DNA of 64,000 bases from Chiloscyllium plagiosum. Taxonomy: Eukaryota. Under the pieces are notes generated by a model, which saw only the letters and a program-made list of their open reading frames with translations, was not told the origin of the DNA and made no database searches. Positions 12,621 to 26,537 of the stretch are shown piece after piece (within the stretch, counting starts at the first letter, position 1; the number at the start of each line of letters is the position of its first letter). Location: assembly GCF_004010195.1 (NCBI RefSeq), contig NC_057718.1, positions 102,689,165 to 102,753,164 of the forward strand, in the 5' to 3' direction. A program made the position numbers and the translations under genes.

Positions 12621-14666
12621 CTGAGGGCAGATTAAAATCATCCTAATGTTAAAAATTAATAGACCAATTCTCTAAGGTGGTTTAAATTGTAACAATCCTG
12701 AACACAAAGGGAAATGTTCACAAAGATTACTGCCAAAACATGTTTTATTAACATAAATGAGATTCAACCCTTAGAATGTTAGCAGATAACAGGTTTTGGA
12801 AATTATACATAATTTATCCACATAAATAACAGTTAAAAGGACAAAGCATTGTTGCAATGACTGGTGAGATAAACTGCATTACTTCAGTGGTGTATATCAG
12901 TGCAACTAAGACCCAGTTGTGATTCATCTTAGGTAAGAAAATCTAAACAAGATAATTGGAAGAATTGCAGATCCTGGAAATCAGGAACAAAATCAGAAAT
13001 CCCTGGAAAAGCTCACCTAGTCTGGAGTATGTGTGGAATGAAATCACAGTTAATATTTCGAAGAATGGTCATAGAATCATAGAGATAGAGTGCACAGAAA
13101 CAGACCTTTCAGTCCAACTCGTTCATGCTAACCAGATATCCTAACCTAATCTAGTCCCATGTGCAAGCACTTGGCTCATATCCCTCAAACATTAACTTGG
13201 ATTTCTATCCACAGATGCTGCATCTTTTCAGTTATTTCTGTTTTTGTAAAAAAGATAACTTATTTATCCAGTATGTTCAGAATTGATAAGGGCAAGAAAT
13301 AAAAATAGTAGTGAAATCTTCAATCTGAACTTTTGTAGACTCATGATTTCGGTTGTATAGGAGGACAGAATAAGGACTCAAAGATTTACATGGAGAAAGT
13401 TGTGAAATCTGATGAGCAAAGTCATGACTAAGATAGACATTGCAAATAATTTAATTGGAACTCGATCTCTTTAAGTACATCAGGACATAACATGGTTGAG
13501 AAAAGCTGAAGATTTTGAGGTCTTTACTTTTAAAGATAATTTAAAACCTAATGGAGCTATTTTTGAGTTCTGTACGTAACAGCCTAGATGGTGAACAGGA
13601 AAACTGCACATCTGTTGATGGCTCCAGCAAGAGGCATAACCTGGTTCAACACTCTTAGCTTATCTATTGATCTTAGTTGCTGCCAGCAATTAAAAGGGGC
13701 TGGAAGGCTTCTCTCAAATTTTGAGTTGGGAGAGAAAGCAAATTTAGCTTTCCTGTGTCCATAGCACAGAGCTAGTTAAATTTAAAAGGACAGGAGGCAA
13801 TCCAAGGAGGAGGGAGGTCACTGAATGGGAGGTCACAGAGCCTTGGAAGATTTCTTTAGGTCTAACATAATTTCTACAACAGCTACTGATATTCCCTTAT
13901 TAAGGCTAGGGATTGGAGTGCTCTGCATCAACTGCAACAGCAGTACTGTCTACTAATTTATCTAAAAATTGTATTGGTGGAGCCTGAGGTGTCCTCCATT
14001 TGGTTTCCTGTTGATTTGGGAGCAAGTACTATTATTTTGTTGAGATTTTGGGATCTAACTCTGTTCAGTTCCCCCAAAGTAGCACTCTTGGATCTTATGG
14101 AACGATTTGCAAAAACTCTATTTCTGTCTTGATCTTTACTCACATTCTCTTCACTCTGTACAGCAGAACTACTCTCTTCCTGCTTACTCTATTTAATCAT
14201 GTAACTTTGACATCATCATCATGGGTGCTTCTGATGCTAATCCCATTATTCTACAAGCACCAACCAAACTATTTTGAAGTCCATTCAAATAAAGTCATGC
14301 ATGACTCAAGTATTCAGTGTACAGGAGATATTCCAGATGAGAAAACTTACCACCTACCATACTCATTTTCCAGTTTAGACAACACAGTAAGCAGATTAAA
14401 AATCTCTGCCTGTGTGCTCACTCAAGAGGAGCCCTGTAACAAACATCTTTCTCAAATGAAGATCCAAAGCTTTCAAGAAACTTCTTAATTAAAACAATTC
14501 AATTCTCATCATTTCCTTCAGAAAACATCACCATCTTGGAAAATATTAAGGTATCAATAAAGAATGGAAGCATTATCTCTCATATTTGGTAACAGAAATT
14601 TTAATACTTTGACAAGTGTGCTTCCTTTTCAGATCTATAGGGTTTAGCCTGCTACAGTTATCTTAC

Positions 14667-14836
14667 CTTTTTCACCACACCATATATCACAGCCGCATAG
14701 TAATGTTCCTCTAACACCACACCTAGGTGGAAATGCAGCTCTGGGTCCTTTGGTTTCAATTTTACAGCCAAGGCATAGTCTACCGCTGCCTTATGTAAGG
14801 CATCCAGAGGTGATTTTCCTTCTTCATAGTAAGGCA
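14667..14836 (-). CDS. Unnamed gene exon (PYYEEGKSPLDALHKAAVDYALAVKLKPKDPELHFHLGVVLEEHYY...KK), TPR repeat
   Basis: Acceptor atgattag, donor gtaaga, 170 nt, phase 1/0; TPR pattern A...Y..A..L.P......F.LG. Confidence 0.88.
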
Positions 14837-14885
14837 CTAATCATATATTAGAAAATAATCAAAATATATAAAGAAAAGCAACAAA

Positions 14886-15385
14886 NNNNNNNNNNNNNNN
14901 NNNNNNNNNNNNNNNNNNNNNNNNNNNNNNNNNNNNNNNNNNNNNNNNNNNNNNNNNNNNNNNNNNNNNNNNNNNNNNNNNNNNNNNNNNNNNNNNNNNN
15001 NNNNNNNNNNNNNNNNNNNNNNNNNNNNNNNNNNNNNNNNNNNNNNNNNNNNNNNNNNNNNNNNNNNNNNNNNNNNNNNNNNNNNNNNNNNNNNNNNNNN
15101 NNNNNNNNNNNNNNNNNNNNNNNNNNNNNNNNNNNNNNNNNNNNNNNNNNNNNNNNNNNNNNNNNNNNNNNNNNNNNNNNNNNNNNNNNNNNNNNNNNNN
15201 NNNNNNNNNNNNNNNNNNNNNNNNNNNNNNNNNNNNNNNNNNNNNNNNNNNNNNNNNNNNNNNNNNNNNNNNNNNNNNNNNNNNNNNNNNNNNNNNNNNN
15301 NNNNNNNNNNNNNNNNNNNNNNNNNNNNNNNNNNNNNNNNNNNNNNNNNNNNNNNNNNNNNNNNNNNNNNNNNNNNNNNNNNNNN
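14886..15385. other. Assembly gap (500 N)
   Basis: Run of n characters. Confidence 1.
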
Positions 15386-16690
15386 GTTCCAAAGTGCAAG
15401 GAAGATAAGATATTTGATTCAGCTCTACGGCCTGCTTGCCATTTTTACCAATAGAATGTTTAAGTTTCAGTACAGCTCTTTAATCTTTGAAGTGTGTTTC
15501 AATTGGATTAATAAATGCTGGCCTTAACAGTGACATCAATAAAAAATAAATTTGGTTAGAAGACTTCAATATATCAAGAATTGAGTAAAACATAATATGA
15601 TTTCACACTGCAAATGAGTGTGACTTACTATGTTATTTAAAAAATCTCCAGTTTAGTTAGCTGATTAAACTATTATAATTTGCACCTATCAATATGCTTA
15701 GATTTTAATCAACTTTTGTTAGTAATTACACAGAACAGAGTAATTTGGCCTAAATCAGTGCCAGGTCTTTATTCTATATCATACTCTTATTTCTGACTAT
15801 GTGATGAACTGAACTGTGATGAACTTTGGCTTTATTTTACTTTTTTAAAAAATCACTATGTATGACTTCTGTCATTGACACTGTAGATATTGTGATGGGG
15901 TGATGTATAAAACTTCTCACTGTATTTTTCATGTAAAAGTACACGGGACAATAAATTTCTATTTTATTTTGTTCTGTTATATTCTATATTTTAAACAGTT
16001 ATCAACTCTTAAGAAAAAGTGCAATGTCCCCTGTCTCTCATATTTCTTGCAGCAAAACATAAGCTTTGACAACTCTTCGTATCTCAAAAAATATTTTACA
16101 CATCCACCTTAAACTCTTAATGATAATTTTGAACCTAATGACCTTTTGTCAATCATTCCCTCGATTGTTACTGGTATTTACTGGAGCTGATGGGGCTTTG
16201 TCTGCTGGACAGAGAGCCAGTAATTGCCTCAGGTAACCGTTTTTAGGGAAGGCCTGCTTCATTGCGTGAGATCTCCACCCTACCTCTGCCTTCCCAATTA
16301 TATGGGTACCACTCTCACTCATCCCACCCTGCCTTCAGAGGAAAGCAGTAGTTACTACTCAATGAAATTACAAAGTTGTTATTTAGGAAAGTTAATATGC
16401 TATCCTTATTTGGTCTGGCCTATGTGGGATTTCAAACTCAATGCTGTGGTTGACTCTTGACTACAATCTGAGATGGTTTAGAAATCCATTCAGTTCAAGG
16501 ACATTAAATGCTGGCCTCATGAGTGATATCCACAAACTGTGAATGTATTTAAAACAAACAGCTCAAATTACATAATTTATTAAGATTCCCCATAGATGGT
16601 CAAACTGATGTACAGTAGTTGCAAATTAACATTACTCACTGAGAGTGCAAAAACAATTAGAAGCTTATTTAGTTTCCTCAAATAACTGAC

Positions 16691-16776
16691 CTTTGAATCC
16701 AGTTCACTTGGTGGCTTAAATGGACACTCCAATGCATGTTTTCCAAGTTCTGACAGCTCAAATGTACCAGTACAAC
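16691..16776 (-). CDS. Unnamed gene exon 6 (G-CTGTFELSELGKHALECPFKPPSELDSK), second half of a TRAF-type zinc finger
   Basis: Acceptor ctcctgttaag, donor gtcagt, 86 nt, phase 1/0; completes C-x6-C-x11-H-x3-C with exon 5. Confidence 0.88.
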
Positions 16777-19700
16777 CTTAACAGGAGTAAGATGGTGAAT
16801 ACAGAATGTGGTCACAGGACTATAAAGGCTCAGAATATCTAAGAGTGATGGTAATTTATATGTGCACAAAGAAAACCAGCATTTTAGCAGCAAGATTCAA
16901 ATGAAAATGAATAAAATTTATTCCTGGATCTCCATGTTGTGCATCATTGAATGCGGGATTGCAGATTGACATTCACAACTTTTTAAAACTGATTTTGCTT
17001 TTGAGAAATAAGACAGTGCTTTCTTTCAAGAAAGGGAGGGGGGGGGGGGAAATTCAATCAATATGGGGCATTCTGGTACCTGCTGTCTCAGTGGATTCAA
17101 CAGAAAGTCCCTTCTCCTTACACTCTAGGGAATGGCACATTGCCATGAGAAATCAAGTAAAATGAATGACAGGAAAATGTGAAATATCTGAAAGACAAAT
17201 TCTGATCAAAGGTATATATCTTGCAGATATTACTTTTTTGAAGGAGTTCTAAACTAGCATTCAAGTCAAACCTCACAGCTATTTGTTCCTGTTTGCCTCA
17301 CTGGTGGGTTTGTTTTAGCACCCCTGTCCAAACTCAAATTTGAAGAAATGGACTGCAGGAGAGTAGGTACAAATCAATCAAATTTGCTAATATGCATTCT
17401 CCTTTCAATAGTATGGACAGCAAATTAGAAGGAATCTTGCTGCATATGGATATTACTCCAGTAACTGGGGAGTGCAATCATCAACAAAACATTCCCACTT
17501 CTGATATCATAATCGATAATGTAGATGCTAATGTAACATAATAATTACAATTGCATTGAAAAAATACTCAATTATAAATATATCAACGATATTTACAGTG
17601 TATTTTGGTAACCTTATTGGAATTTTAGCAGTTTATTGACATTGATTTAGGATTCAAATCATGCTTACTTGCTGAGTTAATATTCTCCATAATAGATTTT
17701 AATTATCAAATTAATACATATATATCAGTATTTTATAAGACTCGTGATACCTTTGTTCAAGTAACATGTCCAGAGGTATGTGATAACATCCCTGAGCAGG
17801 TTGCTTACAGAGTAAAACAGCTACTGTATTTGTGTGAATATATAGGCTTTTTATGCAGAACGTAAAGTAAGAAATTAAAACTGCCTGTAATCAATCCTAC
17901 AGGCTTAGATATTTATCAGGATATTTTTGAATTCCTGTTAGACAGACAATAAAATGTTGGATTGTCCATCTTTGGTGATCAGCTGCAAAGGTATCGTAAT
18001 TAATTGAACCAAGGCCATTAGTCTACTCCTATTTATACTTGATATATGAAACTTATGTGCAATGATCTTCATCACTAAATAAAATGAGTAAAGATAAAAC
18101 GTTACTCAAATAGTGCATGTGTCAATATAGAGAAAGGACTTTGAAATCATTTCATGAGGACTGTGGATATAATCTTTGTTCGTTATTTGGTAGAATTTCA
18201 GCGTTCCCAAATTTAAAAGGAAAAAGAATTTTGTTCCAATAAATCTGGCCACATAGTTTGTAATAGAAGCATTCTATACACATTCGAAACTGTTGTGGGA
18301 AACATATCTGTAATCATGCCCTGATTTTAACCTAACTGGTCTGAAGAGAATGGAAATGAAATAAAAGTGTCAGTCATGAATCAGTTAGTGACACTTGTCC
18401 CTCTAAGGCAAAAAGGTAGTAGGTTTAAGTTCAACTCTGCAGAGGTGAGCTTGAAAATCTTGTCTGATACTCCAGGGCAAAACTGAGAGACTGCTGCTCT
18501 GTGGGAGATATTGCCTTCAGATTGAAATGTTAAAACAATACTCAACATAAATGTATATGGTGACTCAAAGAACCCAGCACAATTTCAAAGTAGGACAACA
18601 GAGTTGTCTGTGGTGTCCTGGCTAGTATTTATCCCTTAACCAAGAGCTTTAAAAGAAATTATAAGTCAATGCTCCATTGGCTTTAAAACATTTTGAGGCA
18701 TCCTGAAGTCACAGGCTGAAACATACTTCTCAGTTTTTTCTTCAAAAATATGTTTTAGACAGGAGTATCTGATGACAGTTTCATATTCCACCTGATTCAA
18801 CTCTATATTGACCACAAAATCAGAATATTATCAGAGCTGAAAATTTGAAATGAAAAAAGATGCTAGAAATATTCAGGAGGTCATGTACATCTCTGCACAC
18901 CATAAACGGAGTGCACACATCAATGACCTTTCATCAGAATTGCTGTGAAGAGTAGAATTGGGAGTGCAAAATGGGCTTCATTCCCTATTTCCTTTGCGGC
19001 GAGGGTAGGTTAAACCTTGGTGAGATAGTCCACTTTTCCAGTATGCTCGTGTCTTATTTCCTCTATAATAACGGACATTTTTAGGTAGTAAATTTCAGCT
19101 TCATTCTCTTCCAGCATAAAAAAACACAGGGTAACAGTTTCATTTTCCTAAATGGTGCTCCTTAAGTTTAGAATGGACAGAAACCAACCTGTTCAGGGGG
19201 CTGATTTTGAATTTCATTGCCTGGATAATGTGCAGTAGGGGTTCCCATTAAGTTTAAGCCAAAGATTGAACGCCTAATGTGTTCTATCAAGGATGGGTGA
19301 ATTGCTTCAGTATATTACTACCTGGCAGTAAAACTGACCACCACCCCATTCCATGTTATTATTATTTTTCTTTCTTAAATAAAGAGTTGTATGAGCCCCT
19401 TCATAAAGCTCAGAAGAAAAGGATGGTCTTTTCATATATTAGACTAGTGGAGCAAACTAACTGGTCACCTGACAGTGCCAATGTGGGATTGGACTCAGGT
19501 AACGGTGGGCTCTAACAAAACTGCTCCATTTTTACCTTGCAGTACCAGTTAAAATCTTGCCCATGTAATTGAACTCAACAGAAGTACACATTCCACTTAT
19601 ATCAAATCAGGAAGATTGAGGAATCCTCACAGGATGAAGCCATTCAGCATCATTCATTCGCAATTCACTTCCATGAACTAATGACTCTTTTAATTTGGGA

Positions 19701-20498
19701 TTATGCAAAAAAGGTGGAATAGGTTTCAAATAATGATGTGGAAAAGCAAGATTATTTCACTGATCCTTTTAGATGGGTGATTTACATTACTGTTGTGCTC
19801 ATCAGAATAAGAAGTAACTTCAAGTAGGAAATGAAAACTGAAATTTGTAATGCAATAAATACGTTAACTTAACCCACAGATGTGCTGAACGGGACAAAAA
19901 AAGATGGACAAGGACCTAAGACAAAGAGAAACACAACAGTACTGAAAAGACTTTCAATAGCATGGAGTTGGCATTGTGAACTGAGCCCCATTGAGCTTTA
20001 ATTAACTTCGATTTGAATTAAATATTTATTAAGTGCTTGACTACAAATACATACTTGCAATACCAACAGGAAGATTCGTTAAGGATAAAGCAAAAAACAA
20101 AAGCACATGACAACTATTTGCAAACACTATGTTAACTGAAAATTTAAAAAAATCCCTGCAACCAAAACTAGCCAGTGTTGAAACTGCCCTACAATCAACT
20201 TATGCCTAGAAGTATACTACATATCCCATCCACAAATGGCTAAGGATATCTCAATGAGCAATGCACACAGTACTGTAGGTTACTACATACATGGCTCAAG
20301 TGTGACACTTCAAAGATATTAATGGAAAGTGCTGCACAGGCCTAGTTGGTAGCAGCCTATGGGCTGGCTGCACTTGGGGAACACATGGAAGTCTGATTAT
20401 AATGTGAATGAACTTAACTCCTCATAAAGTTCTTAAATGGCTTGATAGAACGGATAATGGGTAATGGACCTGCTGGTCACAGTCTAGAACTATGGATC

Positions 20499-20724
20499 GT
20501 ATCACCTTACCACTCTCTGAGAACAAGAACAGGAAATCACATCACCAACCCAAGGAAACCTAAACACATAAATAGAAAGTAGTTCATAACACCAGTGCTT
20601 CACTGGAAGCTCACTGATGATGTTACCTAGTATGGTGACGAAACATCTGAAAATGAACCTTCCAGCTCAGCGAACAAACTTACATCTAGAACCTCAACCT
20701 GAGCTACAAATCTTATCAAAACTC
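20499..20724 (+). mobile_element. Penelope-like terminal-repeat fragment with hammerhead motif
   Basis: Flanked by actatggatc (20489) and actaaggatc (20725); homologous to 27790-27987. Confidence 0.75.
20611..20650 (+). ncRNA. Minimal type-I hammerhead ribozyme motif (family A)
   Basis: tca-CTGATGA-t-gttacc-tagtat-ggtgac-GAAA-catc-tga; stem I tca/tga, stem II gttacc/ggtgac. Confidence 0.7.
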
Positions 20725-21424
20725 ACTAAGGATCACATTCTCAGGATTGAACACACTATAGGATAAAGATGAGTAGAAATTCTTTCAAAAAGTTATGAAC
20801 CAAAGGCCAGAAATGTTGAGTTGAGGGGTATTTTCAAGTTGTAGATCGAAAGATTCTTGGGTATTACAAGGACCAACGGAAATGGAGATATGGTGGGAAA
20901 GTGAAGTTGAGGTAGAAGATCAGCTATGAGGTCAGCAGACGAGGTCTAATCTACTTCAATTTCTTGTATTCAGTTTTTGACCTCAGTCATGTTGCATCTA
21001 TACAGATAAAAACAAAATATTGTAAATGCTGAAGATTTAAAAAACAGAAAGTGCTGGAGTAACCCAGTAGTTTCGGAACCATCGACTGAGAAAGAAACAG
21101 AGTTAATGTTTGAGTCCAAATTATTCCTCTTCAGAACCAAGAATCACAATGAACTGGAAACCTTAACTCCATCTCTCTGAGCAAATGCAGCCAGACCTGA
21201 TGAGTTTCTTCAGCACCTTTACAGAGATTGTTTGAAATGTGTTTTATTCTGTGTAGATTAATGATAAAAATGAACATATACCTAAAGCTGAAGAATTAGA
21301 GGAACTTTTTTTTGTAATACGCCTAAACTAATGAGACAGTAAGGTTTCCTTCAATGTAATCAACACAATATTTCTATTTGAACTTTCAAAAATGTTGTAA
21401 AATATTCCCAGAAGGGGGCTGTAC

Positions 21425-21591
21425 CTCTATATCTGAAGCAACAGTAAACAGAAGCAGCTGACATTCTTTTGTCCACCTCATATTCTGGGACACACCACTG
21501 TCCATCAAAAGGAGTATCATCGAAAGGATTACACTTTGTCTTTCGAGTGAGGAACTTAATTAACGATGATGAGAATATGTGCTTGGGATCA
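21425..21591 (-). CDS. Unnamed gene exon 5 (S-DPKHIFSSSLIKFLTRKTKCNPFDDTPFDGQWCVPEYEVDKRMSAASVYCCFRYR), U-box/RING-like C-half and start of ZnF
   Basis: Acceptor cttattgccaag, donor gtacag, 167 nt, phase 2/1 matching both neighbours. Confidence 0.88.
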
Positions 21592-23929
21592 CTTGGCAAT
21601 AAGAAACAGTAACAGTAATTAGAAAGATGTACAATCATAATCTAGTTTGTACACAGTAGATTGGTATTGTGAGAGCACCACTTTGTATGATTAGGGCATT
21701 ATGATCTGGTTCAAAATTCAGGTTGTTGTTCCAAATATAGCCTTAACCACAGAAGTACTGTTCCATTAAGTAGAAACTTTCAACAAAAACAAATTGTGTT
21801 ATAGAAGAGTCAATAGCTGATCAGAAAGCTGGTTAACAATCTCGGAGTCATGTCATTAGACTTGATTCTTCACTGGTGTTCTTTTTTTGGTTTCTAATAT
21901 CTATATTCCTGGAGTTTGGTGGGACAACACTTGCTGGTGCCTTCCAGCAGCAATCCTGCTAAAGCTCCTGTTGTCAAAAAATTAAACCTTAGTTGCATAG
22001 AGAATGGAATACTCTTTGTCAATGCAGATAACCTCCATAGTCGATGATCCATTTATTTGGAAAGTTGTGTCTGCCCACCACTGAAATAGTTTTCACAGCA
22101 TAACTCCCTCTAACCCCACCCTTCATCACTCTATCAAAGAATACATTCATGTCCCAGGAGCACCCTATGTACAGGATGATAATTAAGAAGTTTAAACAAA
22201 AAGGTCTCATGTTTCAGGGGGCCCAGTCTGTTTGTGTTGTCATAGGCAAGTCTGATCTCACTGGATCTATCATGCTCCGAGATAATTCTTTGTCCTCAGA
22301 AAATCAGAGAAGTTGGGGTCACTGCTCTGGTTACAGACAGAAGACATATGCTTTGTGGGTAGAAAATCCATCCCCATTGAAAAAAATCATTGAAATGATG
22401 TGATGCCTGGAGCCTCTGAATCCTGGCCAAATTCTAATGAGCTATTTTGATCTGACCCTGGAATTACAGCTGAAAGCTACAGATGCCCTCAGAACATTTG
22501 TCATCATCACCTCTTTTTCTTAGTTCTCCCAAGATGGCGGCGGATATCTACAACCAGGGTACACAGACTCGGAATAAAAAACTCATTGAGATGAGAAGAA
22601 AATTCTTCATTCATAAGGAGATGAATCCTTGGAATTCTCTACCCCAGTGGGGCTGTGGGAGCTAGGTCATTGAGTAAGTTTATGATAGAGTTTGAGGGAT
22701 TTTGTTATTATACTGACATTAATAAATATGGGCATAGCATGTTAATCTGGTATCAAGGTGGATGATCAGCCATGATCTAATATGGCAGGCTCAAAGGACC
22801 TACTTATGCTCCTATGTTCCTCACCCTAAGCAGTGACATTTTCATGAGAAAGCTGGATAATATTTTAGTTCTTGTTACTATTTTTTTGAACATAAATAAT
22901 TTAAAAGAAAACAGTTACTAAACAATGCAGCTAGTAGTAGCTTACAAGTGGATCGTGGAAATCAACTGAAAGGGTCTATTGCTATGAGAACACATTGTCT
23001 TTGTTAAACCTTTATAACTGGATGCAGATATCAAAGAGTTTACCCACCAAGAAGGTATACAGAATCATACAGATCACTAGGACAAGAACAATTGATAGCC
23101 TATGTGTTTTTTATTGGAGTTATTTCCACTGCTAGAGCTATCTCTTCCATTTCCCTTCTTTTTTCATGGACTCTTTAACATGTTTCTCTTCTAGATATTT
23201 ATCCAACTCCCTCTTAAATGTAGTAATAGTTTAGATTCAATGTTAAAGTTTGGTAAAGGATTTCATTGCTCAAGAACTTTTTGTACAAAATAATTCCTTA
23301 ATGCCCTTCTTACACTCGTCACTGCTGAGTGTAGTACTTTTCACCAATTAATGGACATAATCATCCACAAATTTGCCCTTGCATAATTTGAGAAACTTCT
23401 CTAAGATCCTCCTCAACCTTCTCTTAATTCAGTAGTTTCTCAATTTTGTTTTACTTAAGAAAGACCAAAGGATAAATTCCACATGCCAAATTGTTAGCAT
23501 TCAGTACTATTGGGAGTATTTGGAAGCTAAACGTATCTGATATTTAACATCTCATTCTAAAAACATACCTTGAGACTAGAATGTTTATCAAGGAATAAGA
23601 GAAGTAAAATGGCTTAAATTCAAAATCTGGAAAAATATTTCTTAAAAGGATTGATTTGCCTCTTGTTAGCTAATTCTAGGTTTTTATACTGAAGATTCTT
23701 CTCTTCAGTATTTCATTGTTTATTCTCAATTCTGTGAATGATTTTTAGCTGTGAATAAATGACTAGCTCCTTCTCATACAAATGCTCAAGTCGTTGAAGT
23801 TAATAGGCACATTCAGGACAGCAATTTACTGTGATTTAATTTAATTGTTAGACTTGTTTTTTTCCCATATGATTTAAATTAAAACTACTGACTTTAACTG
23901 GTAGGAAATGGATCTTCTCAGTGAAATTA

Positions 23930-25100
23930 GACAATAGGTGCAGGAGTAGGTCATTCAGCCCTTCGAGCCTGCACCGCCATTCAATATGATCATGGCTGAT
24001 CATTCCTAATCAGTATCCTCTTCCTGCCTTATCTCCATAACCCTTGATTCCACTATCTTTGAGAGCTCTATCCAACTCCTTCTTAAATGAATCCAGAGAC
24101 TGGGCCTCCACTGCCCTCTGGGGCAGAGCATTCCACACAGCCACCACTCTCTGGGTGAAGACGTCTCTCCTCATCTCTGTCCTAAATGGTCTACCCCATA
24201 TTTTTAAGCTGTGTCCTCTGGTTCGGCACTCACCCATCAGCGGAAACATGTTTCCTTCTGCCAGTGTCCAATCCTTTCATAATCTTATATGTCTCAATCA
24301 GATCCCCTCTCAGTCTTCTAAACTCAAGGGTATACAAGCTCAGTCGCTTCAGACTTTCAGTGTAAGGTAATCCCGCCATTCCAGGAATTGACCTCGTGAA
24401 CCTACGCTGCACTCCCTCAATAGCCAGAACGTCTTTCCTCAAATTTGGAGACCAGAACTGCACACAGCTGTACAGTTGCAGAAGCACCTCTTTGCTTCTA
24501 TACTCAATTCCTCTTGTTATGAAGGCCAGCATGCTATTAGCCTTCTTCACTACCTGCTGTACCTGCATGCTTGCCTTCATTGACTGGTGTACAAGAACAC
24601 CCAGATCTCTCTGTACTGCCCCTTTACCTAAATTGATTCCATTGAGGTAGTAATCTGCCTTCCTGTTCTTGCCACCAAAGTGGATAACCATACATTTATC
24701 CACATTAAACTGCATCTGCCCACTCACCTAACTTGTCCAGGTCACCCTGTAATCTCCTAACACCTCATCACATTTCACCCTGCCACCCAGCTTTGTATCA
24801 TCAGCAAATTTGCTAATGTTATTGCTGATACCATCTTCTATATCATTACCATATATTGTAAAAAGTTGCGGTCCCAGCACGGATCCCTGCGGTACCCCCC
24901 TGGTCACTGCCTGCCATTCCGAAATGGAGCCGTTTATCACTACCCTTTGTTTCCTATCAGCCAACCAATTTTCAATCCAATCTAGTACTTTGCTCCCAAT
25001 ACCATGCGCCCTAATTTTACTCACTAACCTGCTGTGTGGGACTTTATCAAAAGCTTTCTGTAAGTCCAGGTACACTACATCTACTGGATCTCCCTCGTCC
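23930..25100 (-). mobile_element. CR1 LINE ORF2 (RT) 3' fragment, relatively well preserved
   Basis: ORFs give VYLDLQKAFDKVPH...GVPQGSVLGP...KFADDTKL and the RT C-terminus. Confidence 0.92.
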
Positions 25101-25339
25101 AAATTGGCACCAATTATGCAAGGAAACTAAATAAAAAGTCAATTGTACCAAAATGGAGTACATTTTTTGTAACTCTTGTCAACTCCTTCTAAAATTATTA
25201 AACACTGAAATGCCTGGCTCCACGCAATTGATGTAGTTCCTCCGGTCATTCCTTACCGCTGAACATGGGACTTTAATAGAGGAACCAAGAGGGCAAATCA
25301 ATAATTTACTTTGTAGAATAATCTGAAAACTTTTCTTAC

Positions 25340-25470
25340 CTTCCTTTGATAGAGACAGGTCGGTAGTAAGCCTTAAGGGATATTGGGCACTCATATTCCT
25401 GGACATCATTAAGATCTGAGAAAGTAATAGACCACGGAAACTGTACCCGGGAGATAACGATCTGATATAT
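25340..25470 (-). CDS. Unnamed gene exon 4 (IYQIVISRVQFPWSITFSDLNDVQEYECPISLKAYYRPVSIKG)
   Basis: Acceptor tttcctgaacag, donor gtaaga, 131 nt, phase 0/2; YECPISL...PV is U-box-like. Confidence 0.88.
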
Positions 25471-26370
25471 CTGTTCAGGAAAGTTTGAGAATTATTATTT
25501 TAAAAGGTTTTGTTAAAGGGCTGGCTTTAGAAGTTGGCACGATCAAACAGCATGTCAGAAACTGGACTAAGAACAAATTTCAATCATGCCCCACCATTTG
25601 AAAATGGCCGGGCTTCTGCTTTGGCTCCATTTCTCCCCATCTGTTGCCTACATCTACTTACTCACCAATTCCAACAAACTCAGCCTGATTCCTTCACTGT
25701 TGCTGGATAAAAATCCTGGAATTTCCTCCCTAATAGCATGGTGGGCTTATCTACATTGTAGATTGCAGGGGTTCAAGAAGGCAGCTCACCACCACCTCCA
25801 CAAGGGCAACTAGAGATGGGCAATAAAGACTGGCCAGCCAGTGATGCTCATATCCCATGAAAGAATTTTTAAAAACTCAGCACTAGAGTACCACGATGTC
25901 GAGGTTGAAAATTTCAAATTGAAGGATGGCCTGGGGTCTTACAGTGATTGTGTATTCTATGCTTCTCAAACTTTTGCCAATTGTCGTTGGAGGCCACTCC
26001 TGACAAAGTCCACACTGCTGTTCCCTACAATGAGTTTATGGCTAAGTGCCTAAAATGCCAGAACTTACCCAATACTGGAATAATCTGCTTACAGTGCCAT
26101 AATTAGCATGTTTCAAATCCCATTCCAGGAGGTTGCCACTACTTCCAATGGCAAACATTTTGGGTAATTGCAGTTTACATTGTACAATAACTTTCACATC
26201 TAGTGCTCATCGAGTAAACAAAGGCCCAATGTGTTTCAAACGCAGAAGGGAAAAAAAAACTAGTGGGGTCAATGATTCATGTTTTCAGAAGATCATGTTA
26301 AATGCCTTTAAATTGCTAGAAAACAACAAATTAAAGGAAACTTTGGCCAAGCAGATTGATTGCATTGTAC

Positions 26371-26537
26371 CTGTGAATTAGTGCCATCTGCTGATGTAAC
26401 ATTCACCTCCACTTTGGTATGTCCTACATTTAGGTACGTTTGATTCCCGACTTCTGAACCATTAACAGTCACATGCATATTATGGTCTGGGGCAATTGGT
26501 TCAACGATTACACTGATCATATTTAGTGGTGCTGTAC
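26371..26537 (-). CDS. Unnamed gene exon 3 (C-TAPLNMISVIVEPIAPD...LNVGHTKVEVNVTSADGTNSQ), cadherin-like repeat 2
   Basis: Acceptor ttaactttag, donor gtacaa, 167 nt, phase 1/0. Confidence 0.88.

Noticed and set aside
14848-15399. Long ORFs of X residues
   Set aside because: Artefact of the N gap
21040-21220. Further foldback remnants with hammerhead-like traces (also near 36870-36990, 40125-40215, 41385-41500, 55750-55845)
   Set aside because: Cores too degenerate (GAAA or CUGANGA lost) to call as ribozymes
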